DNA of 64,000 bases from Octopus sinensis. Its lineage: Eukaryota. The stretch spans positions 179,242,001-179,306,000 of the forward strand of contig NC_042998.1 in NCBI RefSeq assembly GCF_006345805.1, read 5' to 3'. Shown piece by piece: positions 1 to 11,570 of the stretch. The position numbers and the translations under genes are program-made. The stretch's first letter is position 1; the number at the start of each line of letters is the position of its first letter. Under the pieces are notes generated by a model, which worked only from the letters and a program-made list of their open reading frames with translations, made no database searches and was not told where the DNA came from.

Positions 1-230
1 AACAAATGCACACGTATACATATACATGCATGTATATATGTATGCGTGTATGGGATAAAATGGGGAATAGTGATCAGTGATGTAGAATTACTTCAGAGAA
101 GCTGCAGTAGCAGTGTAGAATCCGTTGTTCTACAAAGACATTTGAGGTAGGGTGGGCATCTGGTGAAAATGAATAATAAAAGATTTCCTAAGCAACTTTT
201 GCATGGTGGGCTGAAAAATTTTGAAAAGCT

Positions 231-644
231 AGGCATAGGAGTGAATGTGTGGTAAGTAGCTTGCTTATGAACCACATGGTTCCAGGTTCAGTCCCACTGC
301 GTGGCACCTTGGGCAAGTGTCTTCTACTATAGCCTCGGATCGATCAAAGCCTTATGAATGGATTTGGTAGACGGAAACTGAAAGAAGCTCGTCGTATATA
401 TGTATATATATATATATGTGTGTGTGTATATGTGTTTGTGTGTCTGTGTTTGTCCCCCCAACATCACTTGACAACCGATGCTGGTGTGTTTATGTCCCCA
501 TACCTTAGCGGTTCAGCAAAAGAGACCGATAAAATAAGAACTAGGCTTACAAAGAATAAGTCCTGGGGTTGATTTGCTCGACTAAAAGCGGTGCTCCAGC
601 ATGGCCACAGTCAGATGACTGAAACAAGTAAAAGAGTAAAGAGT
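231..644 (+). mobile_element. tRNA-derived SINE, family A (head, internal (TA/TG)n, CR1-like 3' tail)
   Basis: Head GGAGTG..TGTGTGGTAAG...GGTTCAGTCCC, central microsatellite, tail GCGGTGCTCCAGCATGGCC...GACTGAAACAAGTAAAAGAG; at least 9 near-identical copies in the window. Confidence 0.9.
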
Positions 645-1067
645 AAACCCAAAATATGTTTCAAGGACTGTCTCAGAATTGCTCTGACACAGACAGGAGT
701 TTCAGTTGTTGATTGGGAGAGGAAAGCACAAAAATGGAATAGAAGGAGGGAAAGAGTGTGCAGGAATTACTTGAAGTTTGAAAGAGAGAGAATGAAACAT
801 GAGAAGATCAGGAGAAAACCGAGAAAGAATGAATCACTAGAAAATGAAAGAGTATTGATTTTTACATGCATGATTTATAGGAAGAAATATTTAAGTCAGG
901 CAGGCCTGGTCAGTCATCAAAGAAGCCATGGAAATGAACGCCTTGTAAATTATGATACAGTTATTGTTGACAACAGACTGTGGAAAGTATGCTGCTTAGT
1001 TGGAGGATTAAAAAGGCTTGTCAAAAGACTTCATTCTATGGCACCAATACCTTCTGCAAACTTTTGA
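645..1067 (+). mobile_element. RTE/BovB-like LINE 3' fragment (post-RT region and degenerate C2H2 finger)
   Basis: KPKICFKDCLR...DWE...FTCMIYRKKYLSQAGLVSHQRSH resembles the RTE-BovB C-terminus (K.R.KD.LK..WE; C..C...F....GL.SH.R.H). Confidence 0.7.
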
Positions 1068-1287
1068 TGGGGCTCAAGAGTTCCATAAGGGCTTCATACT
1101 GCATTATCAATGACTCATTTCAATGATTCTTTGTAGCAATGGCTTTGCTTGTATACAAGAATGCAGCCACAATGCAATGTTTGTGACTTTGAATGCACTA
1201 ATGTATTGAAACGAACACACACACACAGACACACGTATACATACATGTGCATATGTATGTGTGCATTTATGTGTGTATATGTATACT

Positions 1288-1507
1288 CTCTTTTTTTTAC
1301 TCTTTTACATGTTTCAGTCATTTGACTGCGGCCATGCTGGAGCACCGCCTTTAGTCGAGCAAATCGACCCCAGGACTTATTCTTTGTAAGCCCAGTACTT
1401 ATTCTATCGGTCTCTTTTGCTGAAACGCTAAGTGACGGGGACGTAAACACACCAGCATTGGTTGTCAAGCAATGCTAGGGGGACAAACACAGACACACAA
1501 ACACATA

Positions 1508-1546
<39 letters not shown>
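1288..1546 (-). mobile_element. SINE family A, 3' half (split by Penelope insertion)
   Basis: Reverse complement of family A tail and body, ending in a (TA)n tract; the 5' half resumes at 3739. Confidence 0.85.
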
Positions 1547-1600
1547 GAAAAAAACAAGTCAAAAATAGAAAATGCTAAAATAATTTTATAGTGAACATTT

Positions 1601-1638
1601 CAGTACCGGTTTCGGTCATTTTGAGACCTTTTCAACTG
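1601..1638 (-). ncRNA. Minimal type I hammerhead ribozyme motif with U3-A8 core variant
   Basis: Minus strand reads CAG-TTGAAAA-GGTC(TCAAAAT)GACC-GAAA-CCGG-TA-CTG: helix I CAG/CTG, helix II GGTC/GACC, palindromic helix III ACCGGT, GUA cleavage triplet. Confidence 0.7.
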
Positions 1639-1994
1639 TAACGATTAAAATTAAATTTAGAAAAATTAGAAGAAAAGTTTTTTTAAAGGAATATTTCTAT
1701 AGTAGTGTTCAGATATAAGTGGCATTCTGCCTTTCTCTGACTCCCTTGTTTGCACTTGTGTGTTCGAGGTCGTTGTGAGTTCTTGGTAGGGTAGTAGAGG
1801 AAGAGGGCTGGTGAGGAAAGGGGGGTGGGAGAATCTGGGAGTGCCCTGATGGTCGTATTTTGAATGGTCAGTGGCGGCTGGCAGTCTCAGTTCAATTCAG
1901 GAGAATATTTATATTGACAGGCTTGTTTATAGAATTAGCGTAGGTGTTATACTAAAAAACATTAGTGACAAAGTTAAGGGGTAGGGGGTGGAGA

Positions 1995-2187
1995 AGTAGA
2001 AGAAGAAGAAGAAGAAGGAGAAGGAGAAGATGACGATGATGGTGATGGTGGTGATGATTATGACGACGATGATGATGATAATGATGATGATGAAGAAGAA
2101 GAAGAAGAAGAAGGAGGAGAAGGAGAAGATGGTGGTGATGATGGTGGTGATGATGATGACGACGATGATGATGATAATGATGATGAT

Positions 2188-2220
<33 letters not shown>

Positions 2221-2225
2221 AAAAA
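1995..2225. repeat. Compound (GAA)n/(GAT)n trinucleotide tract with an internal tandem duplication, in the PLE 3' UTR
   Basis: Visible directly; source of spurious poly-M/poly-K ORF 2030-2254. Confidence 0.85.
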
Positions 2226-3569
2226 CAGAGAAGGGAGAATATGAATGGGTGTAAATATAGCTATGAAGGGGCTGATTAGTAATGGATTCTATGGAGTGTA
2301 ATATTTGTGTGTGTATATATATTTTTCTTTTATTCTAAAGTTGAGGTATATTAATTGTTTGTCGTAGACCCGTTAAGAAGTGGCTTGTATTTTGTAATAA
2401 AGAGATTTTCTTTACTTATTCGTTAAATTGGTAGAGGGGGAAAAATTCTGAAGTTTGGTGTTTTTTTGTTGGCGCAAGTATCTATGTGTTGGCTAAAAGC
2501 TATTTTTCTGTTTTGGGGAATTTTTATCTGGGATCTGTGCAGGGCCATTCGTTTACGCAAACCATTTTTTGTTTGGCCTATGTACTGCTCTTGACACCCG
2601 GAGCAGGTTAGTGAGTATATTAGGTTTCCGAAGCACATGTGAAGTTGCTTTTCACTGTAAACCGTTGTCCCTGTTTGAAGGAGAACTCTGATCCCTCAAT
2701 AAGATAGTCGCATATCCCGCAATTGGGTCTTCCACATTTTTTTACTGTCGGCTTCTGTGTTGAAGAGTGAATTCGGGCTTGTGTAAGGAGACTTTTCATG
2801 GATCTAGGCTGTCTTTTGCTTTTTATGATCGTGTGTGTTTGGAGGATTGTGTTCATTCTGTGGTCTTTTTTTAGGAGGGGTATGTTGTGGAGGATGTGTC
2901 GAAGGCTTCGTTATTGAGAGGGTTGTGTTGTGGAGATGTATGGTAAGGCTTTTGGTTGTAAGTTTTTCTTGGATTTGGGATGTCTCAGTTCCTTGATGTT
3001 AAGTTGAAGGGCACGTTGAATGCACTTGTCAATAAGTGAAGGTGGATAGTTCCTGGTGATTAGGGTATCTTTTAGTTCTTGTAGTCGTGTGTCTCTGGTG
3101 TTTGCGTTAGAGATTATAGTGCATATCCTTTTTGCTAGATTGAAGGGGATATTCATCCTGGTGTGTCTGGGGTGGCATGAATTGAATGGAAGATATTGCT
3201 TAGAGTCTGTAGGCTTATAGTATATGTCTGTTTCTATTATATTATTAGCTTTCTTAATGAGGATATCGAGGAAGGGGAGTTGTTGTTGGCTATATTCCAT
3301 CGTGAATTGGATGTTTACGTCCAGTCCGTTTAAAATTTTCTGGAATTCTATGAGTTTTTTATATTTTTATGCCAAAGGATGAAACAGTCATCTAGATATC
3401 TCTTCCAGTTGTTTTCTATGTAGATGGAGAAAGGGCTGCCATATCTTTCTAGAACCTTACGATACAGACTGATCTCTAGGTATCCTATGACTAGGTTGGC
3501 AAAGGAGGGGGCCATTCGTGTACCCATCGCAGTCCCCGATTTTTGTCGGTAGAAGTTGTCATTGAAGGC

Positions 3570-3738
3570 GAAGAAGTTATTTTCCAGGATGAATTTAACC
3601 CCTTCTATCACAAATTCTATCACAATTCTATCACAAATATATATACATATATACGAAGAAGTTATTTTCCAGGATGAATTTAACCCCTTCTATCACAATT
3701 CTATCACAATTCTATCACAAATATATATACATATATAC
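3570..3738. repeat. Tandem duplication (85 + 84 bp) spanning the PLE 5' junction, containing (TTCTATCACAA) x3
   Basis: GAAGAAGTTATTTTCCAGGATG...ATATATACATATATAC occurs at 3570-3654 and 3655-3738. Confidence 0.9.
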
Positions 3739-3900
3739 GACAGGCTTCTTTCAGTTTCTGTCTACCAAATCCACTCACAAGGCATTGGTCGGCCCGGGGT
3801 ATAGCAGAAGACACTTGCCCAAGATGCCACGCAGTGGGACTGAACCCGGAACCATGTGGTTGGTAAGCAAGCTACTTACCACACAGCCACTCCTGCACCT
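3739..3900 (-). mobile_element. SINE family A, 5' half (tRNA-like head)
   Basis: GACAGGCTTCTTTCAG...CACACAGCCACTCCTGCACCT completes the copy begun at 1288. Confidence 0.85.
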
Positions 3901-4087
3901 ATATACACATTTACACACATGCACACATATATTTATGCATATTTATGCATGTATGTGTGTATATGAATATACATACATACGTATTATGTGTGGGTATATA
4001 CATATGCATACATGGATATGTATATATACATACACAGAAGCATATATTTATCTATGTTTGTTGATCTGTTTGTCTGTCTGTCCCTGC

Positions 4088-4126
<39 letters not shown>

Positions 4127-4283
4127 GGCATTAGGAAGGGCATCCAGCTGTAGAAACACTGCCAGATCTGACTGGCCTGGTGCAGCCTTCGGGCTTCCCA
4201 GACCCCAGTTGAATCGTCCAACCCATGCTAGCATGGAAAGCGGACGTTAAACGATGATGATGATGATATATATATATATATAT

Positions 4284-4600
4284 AAAATTATAAATTAAGG
4301 TATCTACGAGATACCACCATGCTGAAAATAGCAGCCATGATCTGACTCTAAAACCACCTTAATTGTCCATATCGTAAACACGGAGAGAAAACAAAGAGAC
4401 AAGATGAAGCTAGTAATAAATTACTGGATAATTCTAGATCCCGGATTTCTGGCTTTGCATTTAGGAATGCTTTGCCTCATCAGTAGAATACACAGAAAAT
4501 TTTAATAATTATTACCTTTGAAGGTTATTTTTTCCATGCTGGCCACTTGATAAAATCGTTATTTTATTTTAAATTAACGATCTTATCCTTATTTATATAA

Positions 4601-4604
<4 letters not shown>
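4284..4604 (-). mobile_element. Short non-coding hammerhead-bearing element between two (TA)n tracts (solo pLTR or retrozyme-like)
   Basis: About 320 bp of complex sequence flanked by (TA)n at 4266-4283 and 4604-4665, carrying the HHR at 4431-4489. Confidence 0.5.
4431..4489 (-). ncRNA. Type I hammerhead ribozyme motif, canonical CUGAUGA core
   Basis: Minus strand reads ATTCTA-CTGATGA-GGC AAA GCATT(CCTA)AATGC AAA GCC-A-GAAA-TCCGGGA-TC-TAGAAT: 6-bp helix I, two-part helix II, near-palindromic helix III, AUC cleavage triplet. Confidence 0.78.
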
Positions 4605-4650
<46 letters not shown>

Positions 4651-4850
4651 TATATATATATGTATACATATATAAATGTGCGTGTATGTGTTTATACATG
4701 TGTCTACTTACATGCTTGTGTGCATGTGCATAATATTTGCACATATGTTAAAGACCAGACAAGGAAAGGAAGGGATGAGAGTAAAAGAAAACACATTTGA
4801 CTGAATAAAACTGAAAAATATTAGGATAATTGCTTCATATTGTTTCACAG

Positions 4851-4906
4851 AAACACACTTGTCCAAATGTCACACAGATATTTGTACTGAATGAGTACCT
4901 CCTTTG
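4851..4906 (+). CDS. Candidate upstream exon of the SLC6-like gene (extracellular loop 2)
   Basis: ttcacag acceptor; KHTCPNVTQIFVLNEYLL with a Cys and NVT sequon; phase-2 end TG|gttaga fits the phase of exon 7032; donor is only moderate. Confidence 0.45.
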
Positions 4907-6365
4907 GTTAGAGAATAGTAACTGTGTTGGGTGGGTGGCTGGATGGCTGGTTGGTTGGATGAATGGATGCATGTATGCATATCAACACGCATACATGATG
5001 ATAGCTGTCCACCAGGAGCAGACTGAGAGTTTTAAGGGCCCTCGGGAATAACTGTTCACTGGGCCCTTTAGCTTTGATAACAAAGAGAGTTAACATGTAG
5101 ATTGTGGGCCCCTCAGAGCTCCAGGCTCTTGGATAGTGCCCGATTAACTGACAGCTCAGTCCACCCCCTGCTGTTCGCTCATGATCAATGAAGACCATCA
5201 CCGATACTTGAAAACAGATGACCTTAGGATGCTGAACCTTTCAGATGAGATGTCAAAGGACCAAGATACACGGTGCCTTACTATACTCAAGAAAACCCGT
5301 CCTCAGCAGAAGTGTTAAGGTCACTCCCCCTGGTGAAGAGGATTGGCATTCAAGAGTCCTGTGTCAGTGACATGTAAAAAGCACTCGTGTCAGTGCCACA
5401 TGAAACTGCTTGTGCTGGTGCCATGTTAAAAGCACCATGCATACACTGTAAAGTGGTTGGCATTAGGAAGAGCATTCAGATGAAGGGAGCAAGCCGAATC
5501 AAACTGGAATCTGGTGTGGCTCCCCAGATTATCAACTCTGATCAAATCGTCCAACCCATACCAGCATGGAAAACAGATGTTAAAGGATGATAATGATGAT
5601 GATGATGATGATTACACTCAGACAAATTTATACTTTACGCTTGTGGTTTCGCTGGTGACTAATTAGCCCAGCTCTTGATTAACATATATGTCTGCAGATA
5701 TTGCAGACCAAGCTTCTCTCATTCACTACATTGGTGATATATCTGTGAGCATCTTGCTTAAATTCTGCTTGAAAAATGTGTTTTTTTCAAAAATACCAAT
5801 ATATACAAGAAGCATAGTCTAATGATATATATAAGTATGCTATATATGGCTTCGTGTGTTTATGAGTCATCAACAGTTATTACTATTCACATACATACTC
5901 TAACTTACAGGTCTGCTTGACCAGAACTAACCTGAGCTATTCAGAAACTATTTAGTCACACCATAGTATGAGGTGATCAATATGGCAATGCCAGAAATCT
6001 CTGTGACCAATAAGAGCGTTGCTTGTAGCAATTACCAGCGTTTGTTACATTGTTCACTAATTTAATGAGAAAGTGAACAACTTTTTGTAAAATTGGTTCC
6101 AGACATTAGAAGTATTTCGGGGAAACTTCTATCTTCAAATGTATGTCTGTTTCATATACCACCACTGCCACCACCACCACCACTGCCGCCGCCACCACCA
6201 CCACCACCATGCCTTCATTCAACTATGGAATTTTTCATTTAGTGTTTTGCCTTTCTTGACTTGGTTGGCATCCTTTTTGTCTCGGGAGACAATGGAGTTG
6301 CGCATAAAGTAGTCTAGTCCGGCTTTTACATTTCATGTCCTGATACATTTCCTGCTGTGGCTGTG

Positions 6366-6419
6366 TAGTCCTATCCTGGAAAAACACTCCCTCTGGAGTG
6401 TTTGTCCAGGATAGGACTA
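6366..6419. other. Near-perfect 25-bp hairpin with 4-nt loop
   Basis: TAGTCCTATCCTGGA-A-AAACACTCC-CTCT-GGAGTGTTT-G-TCCAGGATAGGACTA; 24 of 25 pairs Watson-Crick. Confidence 0.9.
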
Positions 6420-7031
6420 TAGCCAACCATAGTATGTAACACATAATAGAGAAGTTAAAGATCAAGCAATACCTATGCCTGAAGCTTTTTAAAATGAGAA
6501 AAGGCTTTGTACCAGGCCAATCCCACTTACTTAACAACACATGCACTTTTAGTGCTACTGTCAACACACACACTCTTTTAATTATGATACCAAAGGCATG
6601 TAACCTGGTGGTTAGTGCTTTGGGCTCAAGACTGTGGTCAAAGGTTCAATTCCTGAACTAAGTGGTGCAGGGTGTCCTTAAGTAAAGCAACTCATTTCAC
6701 ATTGCTTTGGTTTACTTTGCTGGGAAATAAATATCCCCGTAATGATACTGAAGGTCCCATGTCTCTCTCTCTCTCTCTCTCTCTCTTTCCCTTTCTTTTA
6801 GTTGCATCCTGAATATCCTGCTGGGCCCAAAAATGGAAGCACTGAAAACTAATTACGAATTAAGAAGAGGGTCTCTGATTGTAGGGACTTAAAAATGAAA
6901 TTTTGCGATGTCATTTCCTTATGGAGAACATTATTTACTCAAACGAAGTGAAATAATTTAATTTGAAAATATTCTTTCTTTCCATCTTACATTACAGTTT
7001 GGTTATAAATATTTTTTCTTTTTTTCTTCAG

Positions 7032-7164
7032 TCTTGATGTCTTGGAGAGAACTGAACATATTGGTGAGAGTGGTACCCTAGTATGGCACCTCAGTCTTGT
7101 CCTACTTGCCACTTGGATTATTATTTATTTCTGTGTCTTTCGAGGGGCTGCATGGATCGGGAAG
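7032..7164 (+). CDS. SLC6-like transporter exon (EL2 end, TM4)
   Basis: ag/gt bounded; LDVLERTEHIGESGTLVWHLSLVLLATWIIIYFCVFRGAAWIGK matches SLC6 G...W.L..CL...W...YF...KG...GK. Confidence 0.92.
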
Positions 7165-7329
7165 GTTTGTTACACTTTATATGTTTACTTTATATGTTTT
7201 ACCTGTCTAAGGTGGCAAGCTGGCAGAATCAGTAGAATGCTGGACAAAATGCTGCAAAGCATTTTGTCTGTCTTTATGTTCTGAGTTCAAATTCCTCCAA
7301 GATCAACTTTGCTTTTCATCGCTTACAAA

Positions 7330-7760
7330 ATCAAAATCAAAATCGATCAACATCAATGGAAATCGTAGCTGTGATACCAGAGTCAGTGGCACATAAGAGA
7401 ACCATCCGAACGTGGCCATTGCCAGCGCCGCCCCGACTGCCTCCGTGCCAGTGGCATGTAAAAAGCACCATCCGATCGTGGCCGTTGCCAGCCTCGCCTG
7501 GCCTCCGTGCCGGTGGCACGTAAAAAGCACCATCCGATCGTGGCCGTTTGCCAGCCTCGTCTGGCACCTGTGCCGGTGGCATGTAAAAAGCACCCACTAC
7601 ACTCATGGAGTGGTTGGTGTTAGGAAGGGCATTCAGCTGTAGAAACATTGCCAGATCAGACTGGGCCTGGTGCAGCCTTCTGGCTTCCCAGACCCCAGTT
7701 CAACCATCCAACCCATGCCAGCATGGAAAGCGGATGCTAAATGATGATGATGATGATGAC
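7330..7760 (+). mobile_element. SINE/LINE-tail family B (GCCGGTGGCACGTAAAAAGCACC repeats; tail ends in (GAT)n)
   Basis: Tail TTAGGAAGGGCATCCAGCTGTAGAAAC...CAACCCATGCCAGCATGGAAAGCGGAC..(GAT)n recurs at about 4130, 5460, 15240, 16300, 16870, 19270, 30920 and 57620. Confidence 0.8.
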
Positions 7761-9289
7761 CACTGGAGTTGATATAATTGACTTGCCCCATCTCCTACAA
7801 AATTTCAAGCTTTATATCCTATAGAAGAAAGAATATGTTTTATCTGCCTGTCTTTATTTTATGTTTGTCTGTCTACCTTTTCTTTTATATGTTTGTTTGC
7901 CTGCAGGCCTGCCTCTTTTCCTGTCTTCTGTTTTGTGTATTTACTATTGATTTTCTATACAGAATTATCATCATTTAACATCACAATATTCAAAGTAATT
8001 AACAATGTGATAATCTCTATCTACTCTACTCATCATGATGTGTTGTTTAAGTGGTATGCACTTTAATCAATTTAACTATTGAATGATATCAAAATTATAG
8101 CCAAAAGCTTTAATATGATGGAACAATGTTATGAAAATCTATAAATTTCTGCATCAAAATAAAAATATGAACATTTAAAATAAAGGGAATTTCTATTGGT
8201 CCTGCTAACAATTAATAGTTAGCATTAATGTATAGTCATTCTGTAGATATACTTCATATTATATTAAACTGAAACTCTACAGGAAGCATGTGACTTTGTG
8301 GATAGGGAGTTGGGCTCATGATTGTAAGATTGTAGTTTCAATTCCTGGACTGGGCAACACATTGAGCAAAACACTTCATTTCATGTTGCTCCAGGCCACA
8401 CAGCTGGCAAAAATTAGTAATCCTGTGATGGACCGGCGCTCTGTCCAGTGGGGAATATATACACCACAAAAACCATAAAACTGGGCCTATAAGTCTATAT
8501 GACTTGGGAATGATCTTTATCCTATATCCTGAAACTCGACAAGGTACAGGCGGCGGCACCACTATCAACACCACCACCATACATATACATACATATACAT
8601 ATATGTGTTAAATCTCTCAGTGTGAAATATTCAGTAACAGTACCAAATAGTAAAGTTTATTTGCCAACAGAATGTGGTAGTCCTATAAAGGATGATGCTA
8701 CTGTTGTTTAAGCCCCAGGAAAACATCTTTTCCAGCTGGCTATTGACACATAGTCTGTGTCCATATGGTGTTTGCAAGGGAGGTCATCACTCCCATCTCC
8801 AGCCTTATGTGATACTCACAGACCATGGTTTCTGAGTGGCTACAGTCCTCAGTGTGAGACAATCACTGGCTGTTGATGAAAGCTTTCTCCACTCGCAAAC
8901 ACTATATATTCTTTAAGCAACACACAGTCGCTGAGAAAAACAACCTGTGTTAAATTTCTCAGCAAGAGACATACAGTAGCAGTACAGAAGAGTAAATTTT
9001 ATTTGTCAACAGAATGTGGCGATCCTATAAAGGACAATGCTACTATTGTTTAAGCTCATCATATATATATATTTATATCATGAGCTTCTTTCAGTTCCTG
9101 TGTACTTGAATCTAGTTACAAGGCTTTATTTGGTTCAGGGCTATAGTAGAAGGTATTTGTGTTAGATAATGAAAAAATATTGTGAGAGTCACTGAATCCT
9201 TTGTCACTCCCAGACATGGAAACCCAGGTTGTAGTCCCCACCATATTCAGTTTGCCAAGAATTTATTGATAGATATTTTCTTCATTTTG

Positions 9290-9680
9290 ATCCTAACATT
9301 ACATTTATTATCTTGCTGATCAGTGACAACATTTTGGTTATTTCATATGTTGCCTGATCAGTATTCTCCAGAAAACTTTGGGAAATTATAGAGATTATTA
9401 TTAGTTTATTTTATAACTTGCTTGGAAGTTTTAAGCATTCTACAAAATACATAAGGACCCTATACCATATCTGAGTTTCCCAGGTTGATTATGCTGTGAA
9501 AATACACTGTGAGCAACTAACAGTGCTTTTGATAACTCGAAGTTAAAGTATAAACCAACACAAATTTCAAGGCCACACTCCTCAGCTTCCAGCTATTGAA
9601 GTTATTAAAAGTAAATCCTCTTATGAACAATTAATCTTGTCGGTCAGACTTACATTATGTAAATAATGTTACACTAATAA
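9290..9680 (-). mobile_element. Possible decayed CR1-like RT fragment
   Basis: Minus strand gives ...FELSKALLVAHSV...KLRYGIG, weakly like DFSKAFD.V.H..L..KL..YGI.G. Confidence 0.35.
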
Positions 9681-10089
9681 TAGTTTGTTTACATTTTCCA
9701 TTAGGAAATTTACACTTTGCAAGATCAACAGCTGAGAACGGAAGTGAGTGGCCTTGACAAGTCTTAAGATAGTTGAAACACGTGTTGGTCAGTTCTTCAA
9801 CTCCTAACTACCAAATATGTTTCAAGTACTGTTACCATCAACATTAACAAAGTAGTGTAGCCTAGGGCAGCTCTTGAATCTGCACCCCACAAGCCTATAT
9901 TAGCTCATACAGTAGACCCCCAAAAGTGACACTCCTATAAAAGCATCTCCCAGGTTGCCCCTAGTCCCCTAGCTATGCTATTCATCAACACCAACACCAA
10001 CATCAACATTTCACAGCTGCTGCCGTTGATGATAATGATAATCATAATGATAATATAGATGATGATAATTTTAAAATTTTCTAAAATAA

Positions 10090-11570
10090 GCACAAGGCTA
10101 CGTATTTAGGAAGAAGGATGGTGTTTAGTTTATTATATTATCCCCCTACTTACCCTGTACTTTATTTTATTGTTCCTGAAAAAAAATGAAAGGCAAAATT
10201 GACCTTGGTAGGATTTGAACTCAAATCATAAAGGGCTGGAACAAATACCTGAAGGCATTTTTCCTAATGCTCTCATAATTCTGCCAATCTACTATCCTAA
10301 TGATGATAATAATGGTTTCAAATTTTGGCACAAGGCCAGAAACTTCAGTGGCAAGTTGATTACACCAACTCCAAAGTTCAACTGGTAATTATTTTATTGA
10401 CCTTGAAAGGATGAAAGGCAAAGCTGACCTTGGCAGAATTTTGAACTCAGAATGTACAAATGAATGAACAACCACTAAACATTTTGACCAGCATGCTAAC
10501 AATTCTGCCAGCTCACTAGCTTATTCATGAAAATGGATGAAATGCTACTAAGCATTTTGACTAGTATGCCAATGATTCTGCCAGCTTGCTGCCTTATAAT
10601 GATGCTAATAAACCTTTCTACTACAGGCACAAGGCCTGAAATTTGGTGGAAGGGGTTAAACGATTACATCAACCCCAGTACTCAACTGGTACTTATTTTA
10701 TTGACCTCAAAAGGATAACAGGAAAAGTCAACCCAGGTGGCATTTGAACTCAGAATGTATAGTCAGATGAAATACTGCTAAGCATTTCACTGGTGTGCTA
10801 ATGATTCTACCATCTCACCACATTTAATTTCAAATTTTGGCACAAGGCCAGCAATCTTTGGGAAGTGGGTAAGTCAATTATATCGACCCCCAGTGTTCAG
10901 CTAGTACTTGTTTCATCAACCTCTGAAAGGGAGGAAAGGCAAAGTTGACCGTGACAGAATTTTTAACTCAGAACATAAAGACAGACAAAATGCTGTTAAC
11001 CATTTTACGTGGTGTGCTAACACTCTTCCAGCTCACCACCTTTATAATGATGATGATGATGATGATAATAATAACTCTTTCGGTTATAGGCACAAAGCCT
11101 GAAGTTTTGGGTGAGATGACTAGTCAATTACATCGATCCCAGAATTTCACTGATACTTAATTTATCGACCCTGAAAAGATGAAAGGCAAAGTCAACCTCA
11201 GCAGAATTTGAACTCAGAACATAGCAAAGGGCGAAATACCTATTTCTTTACTACCCACAAGAGGCTAAACACAGAGAAGACAAACAAGGACAGACAAACA
11301 GATTAAGTCGATTATATCGACCCCAGTGCGTAACTGGTACTTATTTAATCGACCCCGAAAGGATGAAAGGCAGTCGGACTCGGCGGAATTTGAACTCAGA
11401 ACTTAGTGGCAGACAAAATACCGCTAATCATTTCACCCGGTGTGCTAACATGTCTGCCAGCTCACCGAAATACCAATAAGTATTTAAGTGGGCGAAATAC
11501 CACTAAGTATTTTGTTCAACATGCTAATGACTCTGCCAGCTCACTGCTTTTATAATGATGATGATAATGA
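10090..11570 (-). mobile_element. Head-to-tail cluster of family D SINE copies
   Basis: Repeated AACTGGTACTTATTT..ATCGACCCCGAAAGGATGAAAGGCAAAGTCGACCTCGGCGGAATTTGAACTCAGAAC...CTGCCAGCTCACC units, about 6-8 copies separated by (ATG/ATA)n. Confidence 0.85.

Larger units (their letters stand above)
1547..3654 (-). mobile_element. Penelope-like element (Neptune-like), 5'-truncated: RT, thumb, Zn linker, GIY-YIG endonuclease, 3' UTR/pLTR
   Basis: Frameshifted ORFs 3348-3623 (YRQKSGTAMGTRMAPSFANL...WKRYLDDCF), 2911-3300 (LPFLDILI...YYKPTDSKQYLPFNSCHPRH), 2620-2856 (KCGRPNCGIC...FTCASE), 2423-2638 (NLIYSLTCSGCQEQYIGQTKNGLRKRMALHRS). Confidence 0.93.

Noticed and set aside
591-1067. 158-aa ORF as a host zinc-finger gene
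   Set aside because: The start lies in a SINE tail and the rest is an RTE C-terminus with the second Cys of the finger lost; no splice context.
6235-6573. 112-aa minus-strand ORF
   Set aside because: No family motif or splice signals; it overlaps the hairpin by chance.
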